Origin: Acidimicrobiia bacterium
GTDB taxonomy: Bacteria > Actinomycetota > Acidimicrobiia > Spongiisociales > JAENVV01
Length of the DNA stretch: 46,925 bases
NCBI GenBank assembly: GCA_029881355.1
Contig: JAOUMT010000003.1
Coordinates: 1-46,925, forward strand
Direction of reading: 5' to 3'
Below, piece after piece: positions 1-8,424 of the stretch. The notes beneath the pieces were generated by a model. That model ran no database searches. It was given only the letters and a program-made list of their open reading frames with translations, and was not told the origin of the DNA. How positions within the stretch are numbered: the stretch's first letter is position 1; each line of letters starts with the position of its first letter. A program made the position numbers and the translations under genes.

Positions 1-566
1 GGGATGTCAACGCCGGCTGCATCAAGCAGGTCCTGATTGACGAACATGATGGCCGAGGACGTGTTCCAAGGCATCGAATAGAAATCGCCGTCGATCGTGT
101 AGTAGTTGCGTGCCGCGGATACGACATCATCAAGAATGACCGGCTCACCGAGAATCTCGGTCCGACCATCGATCGCAGCTGTCACTGACTTGAAAATCGG
201 CGCGCCCGCCGCATCGACCGCATCGATGGCTTCCTGCGTGGCCGCTTCGAAAAAGTGAATGATCTCAGGTGGGTTACCACCATCGAGCGCCAACTGGGCC
301 TGCTCGAAGACGGTGTTATATGAATCAAAGGACTGGACGACCACGTTGAACTCCGGGTGCGCCGCATTGAAGGCAGCAGCCTTGTCCTCGGCGAATCCCA
401 GGCGAGTGTCGTCTGCAAACGCAATCCACATTTCGATGTCGGTGACTTCTCCCGACGCTGACGTGTCGCCGGTACCCCCGGCCGCCGTGGTGGTGGTGCC
501 AGACTCTCCGCATGCTGCAAGGAGCAGCGTCAACACTGTCAGTATGCCTAGCCATCGTTTGGCCAT
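1..566 (-). CDS. ABC transporter extracellular solute-binding lipoprotein (UgpB/sugar-binding family), runs off the window at its 3' end
   Basis: Not in the ORF track because it leaves the window. Manual translation from ATG 566: MAKRWLGILTVLTLLLAACGESG (lipobox LAAC), a Thr/Gly linker, then IEMWIAF...FNAAHPEFNV...YSMPWNTSSAIMFVNQDLLDAAG, typical of family 1 SBPs. GAGGAGG RBS just upstream. Confidence 0.9.
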   Translation of the reverse strand, partial: MAKRWLGILTVLTLLLAACGESGTTTTAAGGTGDTSASGEVTDIEMWIAFADDTRLGFAEDKAAAFNAAHPEFNVVVQSFDSYNTVFEQAQLALDGGNPPEIIHFFEAATQEAIDAVDAAGAPIFKSVTAAIDGRTEILGEPVILDDVVSAARNYYTIDGDFYSMPWNTSSAIMFVNQDLLDAAGVDI

Positions 567-651
567 GAATCCTCCTCGTTATATCTGGCGCCGATGCTAC
601 TCGGCCCGCTTCCGGTGTTGATCGTTCGGGTCCTCGAGAATCCCGGCGACA

Positions 652-1512
652 TCATCGCGCCAGATCGGTGATCCATCGACCAACTTCTTCGAATCTTCGC
701 CGTTCCGCAACGGTCCCCCACTGCTCAATCCGGATGGTGTCTTCGTAGAACGGCAGCCAGTCGAGCCACGATGCAGCGACCCAATGAGGGTCAAGGCGCC
801 TGGCGGCCCGACTCGCAAAAACCGCGCTGATCCGCTCGCCGTAATCGGCGGCGAGATTCAGCCAGGTCCGGCCATAGTCCTCCCCCGATGGCCCAACACA
901 TGCGTAATCCCAATCCACGATACCGGTCACCGCCTCGCCCCTAACGAGCAGGTTGCCCGGATGGAAGTCGCGATGGATGAAGACCTCGTCGCTTCGAGCC
1001 ACCGCCGACCGGGCCGCAAGCTCGGCGAACAGACCCGGATCAGAGAACCAGGATGGCGCAAACACGTCGTTCGGTTCGTTGTATCGATGGTGGGTCCAGC
1101 CGAACCCCTCTGCGGGGATCGCATGGATCTGCTCGGCGACGTCGATGATCCGATCGAACAACTTGCGGGTCGGCGCAACCATCGGTGCCCCCTGCGCCAT
1201 CGTCATCATCAGTACCGGACACCCGGCGATCCTTCCCGTTGGATCCGCCCCCACCACCGTCGGAACGGCCAACTCCGAATTCGCCTGGACATGGGCCATC
1301 GCCGAGGCGGCATGTTCGACGCAGTCGGGATACTCCCCCACGAAGCTCGGGTTGGTGAATGCCTTGATCACAAATGTTTGTTGGGCTGTCTCGAACTTCC
1401 AGAGTTGTGCCGTCGTGGCTCCTTCGATTGACGTCCACGTTCCGGTGCAATCGGCTTGGCTTGCCACCCAGTTCCGGAGGCAGGAGTCGGGACCGGCGGT
1501 CGAGGCCGTCAC
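652..1512 (-). CDS. Aminoglycoside phosphotransferase (APH)/choline kinase-like protein
   Basis: Brenner motif HRDFHPGN plus IVDWD; FVIK ATP-binding Lys. GTG start overlaps the upstream TGA (GTGA). Confidence 0.85.
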   Translation of the reverse strand: MTASTAGPDSCLRNWVASQADCTGTWTSIEGATTAQLWKFETAQQTFVIKAFTNPSFVGEYPDCVEHAASAMAHVQANSELAVPTVVGADPTGRIAGCPVLMMTMAQGAPMVAPTRKLFDRIIDVAEQIHAIPAEGFGWTHHRYNEPNDVFAPSWFSDPGLFAELAARSAVARSDEVFIHRDFHPGNLLVRGEAVTGIVDWDYACVGPSGEDYGRTWLNLAADYGERISAVFASRAARRLDPHWVAASWLDWLPFYEDTIRIEQWGTVAERRRFEEVGRWITDLAR

Positions 1513-2483
1513 AATTCAATGACGATTTTGCCCGTGGCTTTGCGATCCATGACCGACCGCAGGGCGGCACCGGTCTCCTCAAGCGGATAGCGAGCCGAGA
1601 TATAGGGCGTTATGGTGCCCGCCTCGAACATGGCAACCAGGTCGTGCAGATTCCGGGCGTTGGCCATCGGATCGCGAGCCGCGAACGATCCCCAGAAGAC
1701 CCCGCGAATATCGCACCCTTTGAGAAGCGTCAGATTGAGCGGGATCTTCGGAATGGGGCCCGCAGCAAACCCAACCACCAGCAAACGTCCCTGCCAGGCC
1801 GTGGCTCGCAGCGCCGCCTCGGTGTAGTTGCCACCAACCGGGTCGTACACAATGTCTGCGCCCGCACCGCCGGTCAATGCTTTCGTACGCGTTTTGAGGT
1901 CCTCGGTCGTGTAGTTGATGGTCTCGTCCGCTCCACGGTCGACACAAACCGCCAACTTATCTTCACTTGATGCGGCCGCAATTACCCGCAAGTCCATGGC
2001 TTTGCCCAGTTCGACTGCGGCCAGCCCCACCCCGCCCGCGGCACCGAGCACGAGGAGGGTCTCGCCGGGCTCGGGATCGGCCCGGTCTTTCAGGGCGTGG
2101 TACGACGTCCCGTAAGTCATCACGAACGCAGCCGCGACATCAGTAGGCATCGAATCCGGAATCGGGATCACCGTTTGGGCCTCCACGACAACCTGCTCGG
2201 CAAACCCGCCCCAGCCGGGGAAGGCAATGACTCGATCCCCCACCGCGACGTGCTCAACGCCGTCACCGACTCCCCCGACGGTGCCGGCCACTTCGCCTCC
2301 AGGAGAAAAGGGCAACTCAGGCTTGAACTGGTACAGATTCTGAATGATGAGCGTGTCGGGGAAATTCACCCCTGCCGCGCCAACCTGGATGACGACCTGC
2401 CCGGGACCGGGGATGGGATCGGGTACCTCAGCGATCGTCAGCGACTCGGGGAGACCATGTTCGGTGCAAAGTACTGCTCGCAT
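1509..2483 (-). CDS. NADPH:quinone oxidoreductase family protein (MDR/zeta-crystallin type)
   Basis: GVNFPD, LPFSPGGEVAG, LVLGAAGGVG, DIVYDPVGG and GRLLVVGFAAG motifs. TAGGCT-N6-ATG leaderless-type promoter. Confidence 0.92.
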   Translation of the reverse strand: MRAVLCTEHGLPESLTIAEVPDPIPGPGQVVIQVGAAGVNFPDTLIIQNLYQFKPELPFSPGGEVAGTVGGVGDGVEHVAVGDRVIAFPGWGGFAEQVVVEAQTVIPIPDSMPTDVAAAFVMTYGTSYHALKDRADPEPGETLLVLGAAGGVGLAAVELGKAMDLRVIAAASSEDKLAVCVDRGADETINYTTEDLKTRTKALTGGAGADIVYDPVGGNYTEAALRATAWQGRLLVVGFAAGPIPKIPLNLTLLKGCDIRGVFWGSFAARDPMANARNLHDLVAMFEAGTITPYISARYPLEETGAALRSVMDRKATGKIVIEL

Positions 2484-2498
2484 GGGCGCAGCCTACAG

Positions 2499-3749
2499 TT
2501 AGGCGAGAAACAGCGCAGGTTCCGCCAGGTTCTCCAACAGTCGAGCTACGAACTTGCGTCCGAGCGCCCCATCGATAACCCGATGGTCGTACGACAGGCT
2601 CAGCGGCATCATCGGCGCCACCACGACGACTCCGTTGCGGACGACTGCGCTGTCTTTGGCCCGGCCCACGGAAAGGATCGCCGTGGTGCCCAACGGAACA
2701 ATCGGCGTCCCGTGTCCTCCCCCAACCGCCCCGATATTCGAGACGGTGAACGTACCACCGGACATGTCATCGGCCCCAAGGGTGCGGTCTGCAGCTCCTG
2801 AAGCCAGTCGGGCAATCTCGGTCGCGATCTCCAGGACGGTGAGTAGGCCGGCATCGTGGACCACCGGAATCATCAGGCCATTGGGGGTATCGACTGCGAC
2901 CGCGATGTGATGGCGATGATGCACCACCATGTCGTTGCCGTTGACCGTGGCATTGAACTCCGGAAACTCGATCAGCGCTGGAACGACGGCCTTGACGACC
3001 AATGCTTCGAGCGTGATGTTCTGGCTATGACGAAGCGATAGGGCTTTGCGAGCTTGCAGGAGACGACTGGCATCCACCTCGTCGAACGTCGTGACCCGGG
3101 GAATCTCGGCCCACGACTGACTCATCCGATCGGCGATCGTCCGACGCAGCTTCGACATGGGGATGACCTCGTCGTCGGGACCGGCGACCGGAGCGGCCTG
3201 CCTGGCTACCACCGGTACGGCATCATCAGCCTTGGCCTCAATCGCAGCCATGACGTCGGCTCTTGTGATCTGGCCGTCGGGTCCGGTACCGGTCACGGAT
3301 GCCAGGTCGACACCCTGGTCCTTCGCCAGTTTTCTCACCAGCGGTAGGGCCAACACCCGAGGGGCGGCAGCGTTGACGGATTCGGTCCGGCGACCCAGCG
3401 TCGTGGTCCCCTTTCCGAAACTACCGACCAGGGGCGGGTCCACTTCCGGATCGGGGATCTCGTCGTTCGCGAGAGGTGTCGTTGCCCCGGCAGGTGATGG
3501 GCTGTCGTCTTGTGAGCCGTCGTCGATGACAGCCAACACCGAACCGACTTTGATCGTCTCGCCGGCCGCGGCACCGTGACGGACAACAACACCGGCAACG
3601 GGTGCGGGCATGACAACCACGGTTTTGTCCGTTTCAACCTCTACAAGGGGATCGTCGAGTCCAACTGATTCCCCTTCGGCTACCAGCCAAGAGACAATCT
3701 CTGCTTCAACGAGCCCTTCACCTATGTCGGGCAGCACGAAGTTGCGCAT
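2499..3749 (-). CDS. 2-oxoacid dehydrogenase E2 (dihydrolipoamide acyltransferase)
   Basis: Lipoyl domain (LPDIGEGL...VETDK), E3-binding domain (PLVRKLAKDQGVDL...GTGPDGQIT), catalytic DHRVIDGA. Start re-called at ATG 3749 (TAATG overlap with the E1-beta stop) rather than 3845. Confidence 0.93.
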   Translation of the reverse strand: MRNFVLPDIGEGLVEAEIVSWLVAEGESVGLDDPLVEVETDKTVVVMPAPVAGVVVRHGAAAGETIKVGSVLAVIDDGSQDDSPSPAGATTPLANDEIPDPEVDPPLVGSFGKGTTTLGRRTESVNAAAPRVLALPLVRKLAKDQGVDLASVTGTGPDGQITRADVMAAIEAKADDAVPVVARQAAPVAGPDDEVIPMSKLRRTIADRMSQSWAEIPRVTTFDEVDASRLLQARKALSLRHSQNITLEALVVKAVVPALIEFPEFNATVNGNDMVVHHRHHIAVAVDTPNGLMIPVVHDAGLLTVLEIATEIARLASGAADRTLGADDMSGGTFTVSNIGAVGGGHGTPIVPLGTTAILSVGRAKDSAVVRNGVVVVAPMMPLSLSYDHRVIDGALGRKFVARLLENLAEPALFLA

Positions 3750-4726
3750 TATGCGTCCAGGGTGCGACGGGCCGCCGCCACGATTGCCTCGGTGGTGGGC
3801 ATATAACGATGCTCCGCTTTCTTCAGCGGAATCGTTGTGTCCCAACCTGCGACTCGTTCAACCGGAGCGTGCAGCGAATACAGGGCGCGTTCACCAATGA
3901 GGGCGGCGATCTCGGCTCCGAAACCTGCTGTTTTGGGGGCTTCCTGGACGACCACGGCCCTTCCGGTCTTCTGGACAGAATCGATGATCGCATCTTCATC
4001 AAGGGGCCGAAGGGTCCGCAAGTCGACCATCTCGGCGGAGATTCCGTCGGCAGCCAGCACTTCGACGGCTTCGCGAACCTCGTGGGTCATCGCCCCCCAG
4101 GTAATGATCGACACATCCGACCCTTCGGTCTCGATGCGCGCCTTCCCGATCTCCACGGTGTAATAGCCCTCGGGAACTTCCTCGCGGACGAGTCGATAAA
4201 GCCGGATCGGTTCAAGGAATATGACCGGATCCGGGGAGTCGATCGCCGCCAGCAGTAATCCCTTGGCATCGTACGGGGTCGCGGGTATGACGACCTTGAG
4301 GCCCGGGATGTGCGCGTATATGGCCTCGGTGGACTCGGAGTGATGTTCGGCAGCTCCAAACCCGCCACCGCACGGCATTCGGATGACCATCGGTGCGCTA
4401 AATCGGTGTTGTGACCGATTCCGAATCCGGGCTACATGGCTCAAAATCTGGTCGTAGGCAGGATACGAGAACCCCATGAACTGAATTTCGGCAACCGGGC
4501 GAAGTCCGGCGACGGCCATGCCGAACGCCGCACCAACTATGCCCGATTCGGCCACGGGAGTATCGATGACCCGTTGGTCGCCAAATCGGCCGATGAGCCC
4601 ATCGGTGATCCGAAACACCCCACCGGTCTGGCCGACGTCTTCCCCAATAACCAGCACCCGCTGGTCCTTGTCCAACGCAGTTGCGAGGGCATCGGTCAAG
4701 GCCCCGGCGAGGGTGAGTTCGCTCAT
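3749..4726 (-). CDS. pdhB: 2-oxoacid (pyruvate/branched-chain) dehydrogenase E1 beta subunit
   Basis: GEDVGQTGGVFRIT, DTPVAESGIVG, AEIQFMGF, EHHSES, DLRTLRPLD. ATGA overlap with E1 alpha. Confidence 0.92.
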   Translation of the reverse strand: MSELTLAGALTDALATALDKDQRVLVIGEDVGQTGGVFRITDGLIGRFGDQRVIDTPVAESGIVGAAFGMAVAGLRPVAEIQFMGFSYPAYDQILSHVARIRNRSQHRFSAPMVIRMPCGGGFGAAEHHSESTEAIYAHIPGLKVVIPATPYDAKGLLLAAIDSPDPVIFLEPIRLYRLVREEVPEGYYTVEIGKARIETEGSDVSIITWGAMTHEVREAVEVLAADGISAEMVDLRTLRPLDEDAIIDSVQKTGRAVVVQEAPKTAGFGAEIAALIGERALYSLHAPVERVAGWDTTIPLKKAEHRYMPTTEAIVAAARRTLDA

Positions 4727-5742
4727 GACGTCACCTGTTCAAATTGACGTCTGAGGTCCGGCGACATCTCCTCGTACACCGCCCCGAAGATATCTTCGGG
4801 TGATGGCGGTAGCAAGGATTCGGCCAACTCGACCGCCCGCTCGATGGTGGTCGAGGCTTTGGCCTGGACCGCCTCCTCCCAGTCGGCATCCCAGGCCCCT
4901 TCGTGCTCGAGATACCGGCGCACCCGCTCGATGGGATCCCGGTCCAGCGCCAACCGTTCCTCTTCGGGATCGCGGTAGCGCCCCGGATCGTCGTTGGTCG
5001 TGTGGGGGCCGACCCGGTAGGTAACCGCCTCGATGAGCGTCGCTCCCTCGCCGGCTCTGGCCCGATCAACCGCTTCTTTGGTTGCTTCGTAGACCGCAAA
5101 GAGGTCGTTGCCGTCGACTTGTTCGCCGACCATGCCATACGCATCCGCCTTTTGGGCGATCGTATCTGAAGCGGTTTGGCGCTCGCGCGGCATGGAGATC
5201 GCGTACCCGTTGTTCTGACACAGGAATACGGTGGGCGTCTTGAAAACCCCGGCAAAGTTCATGGCCTCGTGAAAATCCCCCTCAGACGTGGCCCCATCGC
5301 CAAAGTACGTTATCGCGATTCGGTCCGTCCCTTGCAGCTTTTCAGCCCAGCTGATCCCGACCGCATGGATCATATGGGCGCCCACGGTGATCGAAGGCGG
5401 AAGCACATCAACATGAACTGGTGGCCGTCCTCCCCGTTCGTCACCTGAGCGAGACAACAGCAGGACCTCCCACGGATACCCCTGCATCCACATTGCGCCG
5501 GCATCGCGGTAGGTCGCCACCATCCAGTCATGCGGATCCAGTGCGGCGGCCGAACCAACCTGGGCAGCCTCCTGACCGAGCAACGGTGCGTAAGTAGCCA
5601 GGCGACCCTGGCGCTGAAGGGTCGTGCCCTTCTTGTCATAAGCCCTTGTCTCGATAAGAGCCCGGTAGAGCCGACGGGTGGTTTCGATGTCGATTGGGGC
5701 TTCCCCGACGAGACGCCCCTCCAAATCAAGAATGTTTCGCAT
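4723..5742 (-). CDS. pdhA: 2-oxoacid (pyruvate/branched-chain) dehydrogenase E1 alpha subunit
   Basis: LQRQGRL, GQEAAQVG, TPP motif FGDGATSEGDFHEAMNFA...CQNNGYAIS, YRVGPHTTNDDP. Start re-called at ATG 5742 (MRNILDLEG). Substrate (pyruvate vs branched-chain) cannot be resolved by eye. Confidence 0.9.
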   Translation of the reverse strand: MRNILDLEGRLVGEAPIDIETTRRLYRALIETRAYDKKGTTLQRQGRLATYAPLLGQEAAQVGSAAALDPHDWMVATYRDAGAMWMQGYPWEVLLLSRSGDERGGRPPVHVDVLPPSITVGAHMIHAVGISWAEKLQGTDRIAITYFGDGATSEGDFHEAMNFAGVFKTPTVFLCQNNGYAISMPRERQTASDTIAQKADAYGMVGEQVDGNDLFAVYEATKEAVDRARAGEGATLIEAVTYRVGPHTTNDDPGRYRDPEEERLALDRDPIERVRRYLEHEGAWDADWEEAVQAKASTTIERAVELAESLLPPSPEDIFGAVYEEMSPDLRRQFEQVTS

Positions 5743-5820
5743 ATTGGGCCAGGCTACTCGGCGCGAGTCACCTCCAAACCACCAGACCGCGACGATATCC
5801 TTCAACTAGATCCTTCAACT

Positions 5821-6224
5821 ATGAGCCGATTCCTTCGAATTCACAGCCCCCTGCTGGATCCCTCGTCTTGGGCCCACACCGCGAATGCCCTCTCGCTGGC
5901 TGGCCACGTTGCGAACGTACCGGACCTGCGGGCCTTTGCGGCTGCGACGACCCGCCTGCGGCCTTCCAGCTAGACGTCCACGGGCAGCCCGTATCCGGGT
6001 TTGCGAGCCGAGTCGGAGGCCGATGCCCCGGCGGTACCTATGCGTCAACGACTCACCGATCGACACCTCTGACCGATGGAAGCCTCGCGGCGGTGGCCTA
6101 TGTGCAACTCAGCACGGCATACGACAAAGACCGGATCGAGGCAGAACGGCGAGGCTGGAGGACCTTCATCGGGAAGAGAAACCACATGGCGACGCTGAAT
6201 GATCCTGAGAACGTGGCGGCATGA
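5821..6224 (+). pseudogene. Degraded alpha/beta-hydrolase (frameshift/stop plus large internal deletion)
   Basis: N-terminal piece MSRFLRIHSPLLDPSSWAHTANALSLAGHVANVPDLR (stop at 5971-5973) and, in another frame, C-terminal piece AYVQLSTAYDKDRIEAERRGW...HMATLNDPENVAA. These resemble the two ends of actinobacterial alpha/beta hydrolases; the central nucleophile region is absent. Confidence 0.6.
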
Positions 6225-6295
6225 GAACAGAGATCGCCAACTCCTAGCCGAATCTCACTGTGGCATCGGCGGGCGGACCCAATGCCGACGGACGA

Positions 6296-7228
6296 TCACG
6301 CCTCGCTCGACGCGGCGCCTGCTATCACCGCGTCGACGATCATTTCCACAACCTGTTGGATCGCATCATCGAGCTGTTCCATCGAGATAATCGGAACACC
6401 GTGTTGTCTCGCGCACGATTGGACATAGCGGTCAATTCGGCGCACCTCGTCGAAGGCATCGAGGTACCGATCCGCGCTGCGCTGCGTAGCTTGTTCGGCG
6501 CGCGCCCGAAAGTGAGCCCGGTGGACTTCCGCATCGTTGACGACCAAGACGGTTTGGCAAATTACGGCGCGCTTGGACCACAGTTCCACTCCGTCGTCAT
6601 AGAGACCAGGAACCATGTGAACGCCCTCTACCACCAGCCCCGTGCCTTCCTTTATGGCACGATCAATCAGGCCGCGCACGCCGGTCGAGACCATGTCGAC
6701 CTGACTCTGGAAACCGACGATGACGGGATCGTGGTCGGGAGGAACGGGTGAGCGGAGTGCCTGGTGGGCTTCGAATGACGAAACGTGCAACATGGGAGCC
6801 AAAGTGTCCGCCACGAGCTGGCGCATCACTTGGCGCACCGCGTCGGTCGGAATCACGCTGGAGATCCGGAGCCGAGCCCCAACCTCCCCGGCTACAGAGG
6901 ACTTACCGACTCCAGGAGCACCGCCGAGCAGGACGATGATGGGCTTGCCGCGCCGGCGGGCCTCCAACCAGGCAACATATCGATCGGCCGAACCAACTCC
7001 CAGGTGAGACTCGATAGATCTCGTGGTGATGTCCATCAGGTCCTCAATGGCGATTTCGGGAAGTCTTCGTTCCAAGAGTCGCGCCTCCGTCTCTTCCGCA
7101 ATCGTGTAGGCGGTCTCGGGCTCGATCCCCACAACAATCATGGACGATGCCGCGACGAACTTGGAAAACGGCAGCGGGTTCTCTCGCCGGTCAAGTACCC
7201 AGATGTAGTGTCCCGCCTGGCTAACCAT
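6296..7228 (-). CDS. pgk2: 2-phosphoglycerate kinase (ATP-cone plus P-loop; cDPG pathway)
   Basis: N-terminal ATP-cone-like PLPFSK...AYTIAEE, then PIIVLLGGAPGVGKSSVA, IPTDAVRQVMR, LHVSSFEAH and VVEGVHMVPG, as in archaeal 2PGK. Start re-called at ATG 7228 with a GGAG RBS. Confidence 0.85.
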   Translation of the reverse strand: MVSQAGHYIWVLDRRENPLPFSKFVAASSMIVVGIEPETAYTIAEETEARLLERRLPEIAIEDLMDITTRSIESHLGVGSADRYVAWLEARRRGKPIIVLLGGAPGVGKSSVAGEVGARLRISSVIPTDAVRQVMRQLVADTLAPMLHVSSFEAHQALRSPVPPDHDPVIVGFQSQVDMVSTGVRGLIDRAIKEGTGLVVEGVHMVPGLYDDGVELWSKRAVICQTVLVVNDAEVHRAHFRARAEQATQRSADRYLDAFDEVRRIDRYVQSCARQHGVPIISMEQLDDAIQQVVEMIVDAVIAGAASSEA

Positions 7229-7291
7229 AGGACTCCATTGGTTTCGGTGATGCCGGAATGCACCCTGCCATACGGCTAGTATGACACCCCG

Positions 7292-8128
7292 ATGGCTTCT
7301 CTGACGATCGCCCAACTCTCTGATCTTCATTGCGGTTCACCCTTTTTCGACCCCGCACTGCTATCAGCGGCGGTCAACGAGATTCTCGATCTGAAACCCG
7401 ACCTCGTTGTGGTAGCCGGCGACCTAACACAGGAGGGCTACGCCGAGGAGTTCGAGATGGCTCGTGACTTCCTGCGGCCCTTGCGACAAGCCTTCACCAC
7501 GGTCATCGTGCCCGGCAACCACGATTCGAAAAACGTCGGATATCTCCACTTTCACGACCATTTCGGGAAAGGCAACACAGACTCCAAAGGCGACTTTTCA
7601 CTTTCCCTGACCACGGACGCCTATCCACGGTCGACCAAGATCGTGGCAGTGGACAGTTCCAAGCCTGACCTGGCCGAAGGAGAAATCGGTAGGTCTCGAT
7701 ACGAGTGGATCCGCCAGGAATTCGACGACCCGGCCGACCTGCGGCTCTTCGTCATGCACCACCACCTCGTGTCGGTGCCGGGCACCGGCCGGGAACGAAA
7801 CATCGTCTGGGACGCCGGTGACGTCATGGCCCTGCTCGAGGACGTCGACGTCGACATCGTCCTGGCCGGTCACAAGCATGTCCCCCACGTCTGGCAGGTA
7901 GACCGGATGTTGATCATCAACAGCGGAACGGTTTCGTCGTATCGCCTGCGTGGCTACACCCGACCGTCGTACAACGTGGTTCGAATTGACGAAGCCAGCG
8001 TCGAAGTCACGCTCGTGTACCCGGGCTCTGGCCAGCAAACGGCTGCCTATTTTGACCGGGTAACCACCGAACTCACCCGTAACCCCGACATGGCAGGCAT
8101 GTTCTCGAAAGCCGCTTGGCGATGGTGA
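7292..8128 (+). CDS. Calcineurin-like metallophosphoesterase (CpdA/Icc-like)
   Basis: All five motifs present: SDLH, GDLT, GNHD, HHH, GHKH. Confidence 0.92.
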   Translation: MASLTIAQLSDLHCGSPFFDPALLSAAVNEILDLKPDLVVVAGDLTQEGYAEEFEMARDFLRPLRQAFTTVIVPGNHDSKNVGYLHFHDHFGKGNTDSKGDFSLSLTTDAYPRSTKIVAVDSSKPDLAEGEIGRSRYEWIRQEFDDPADLRLFVMHHHLVSVPGTGRERNIVWDAGDVMALLEDVDVDIVLAGHKHVPHVWQVDRMLIINSGTVSSYRLRGYTRPSYNVVRIDEASVEVTLVYPGSGQQTAAYFDRVTTELTRNPDMAGMFSKAAWRW

Positions 8129-8424
8129 TCCGCCTATTTCTCTCGGCAGTATCGGCGGCCGATTTGGACAAGCTGATCGCCATGTTCAAAGAAGATGTTA
8201 TTCCAGCCTTCGAGTCCGCTCCCGGATGCCTGGGCATCGAACTGATTCGCGCCGAAAAGGCCGGAGTTGGCGGCCTCATCGAAGGAGGCGTGATTATCCG
8301 ATGGGAGTCCGCCGAACACATGGAGTCGGCACTCAACGATCCGGCCATCATCCAGAGTCAGCACCGGGTCAGGGCGTTGCTGCGGCGCGAGCCATTACGC
8401 AAGGTCTACGAGGTTATCTCCTAG
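8122..8424 (+). CDS. Antibiotic biosynthesis monooxygenase (ABM)-like dimeric alpha/beta barrel protein
   Basis: About 100 aa with APGCLG...IRWESAEH...YEV pattern. Start overlaps the phosphoesterase stop (translational coupling). Confidence 0.7.
   Translation: MVIRLFLSAVSAADLDKLIAMFKEDVIPAFESAPGCLGIELIRAEKAGVGGLIEGGVIIRWESAEHMESALNDPAIIQSQHRVRALLRREPLRKVYEVIS

Noticed and set aside
652-1512. Antibiotic resistance gene call for the APH-like ORF
   Set aside because: Only the generic kinase motifs are visible, in a chromosomal housekeeping context. Substrate unknown.
3750-3845. N-terminal extensions in the ORF track for E2 (also E1a, pgk2, cpgS, dapA, cnoX and the second PPIase)
   Set aside because: They overlap neighbouring genes or precede the family N-terminus. 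Downstream starts have RBS, coupling or -10 support.
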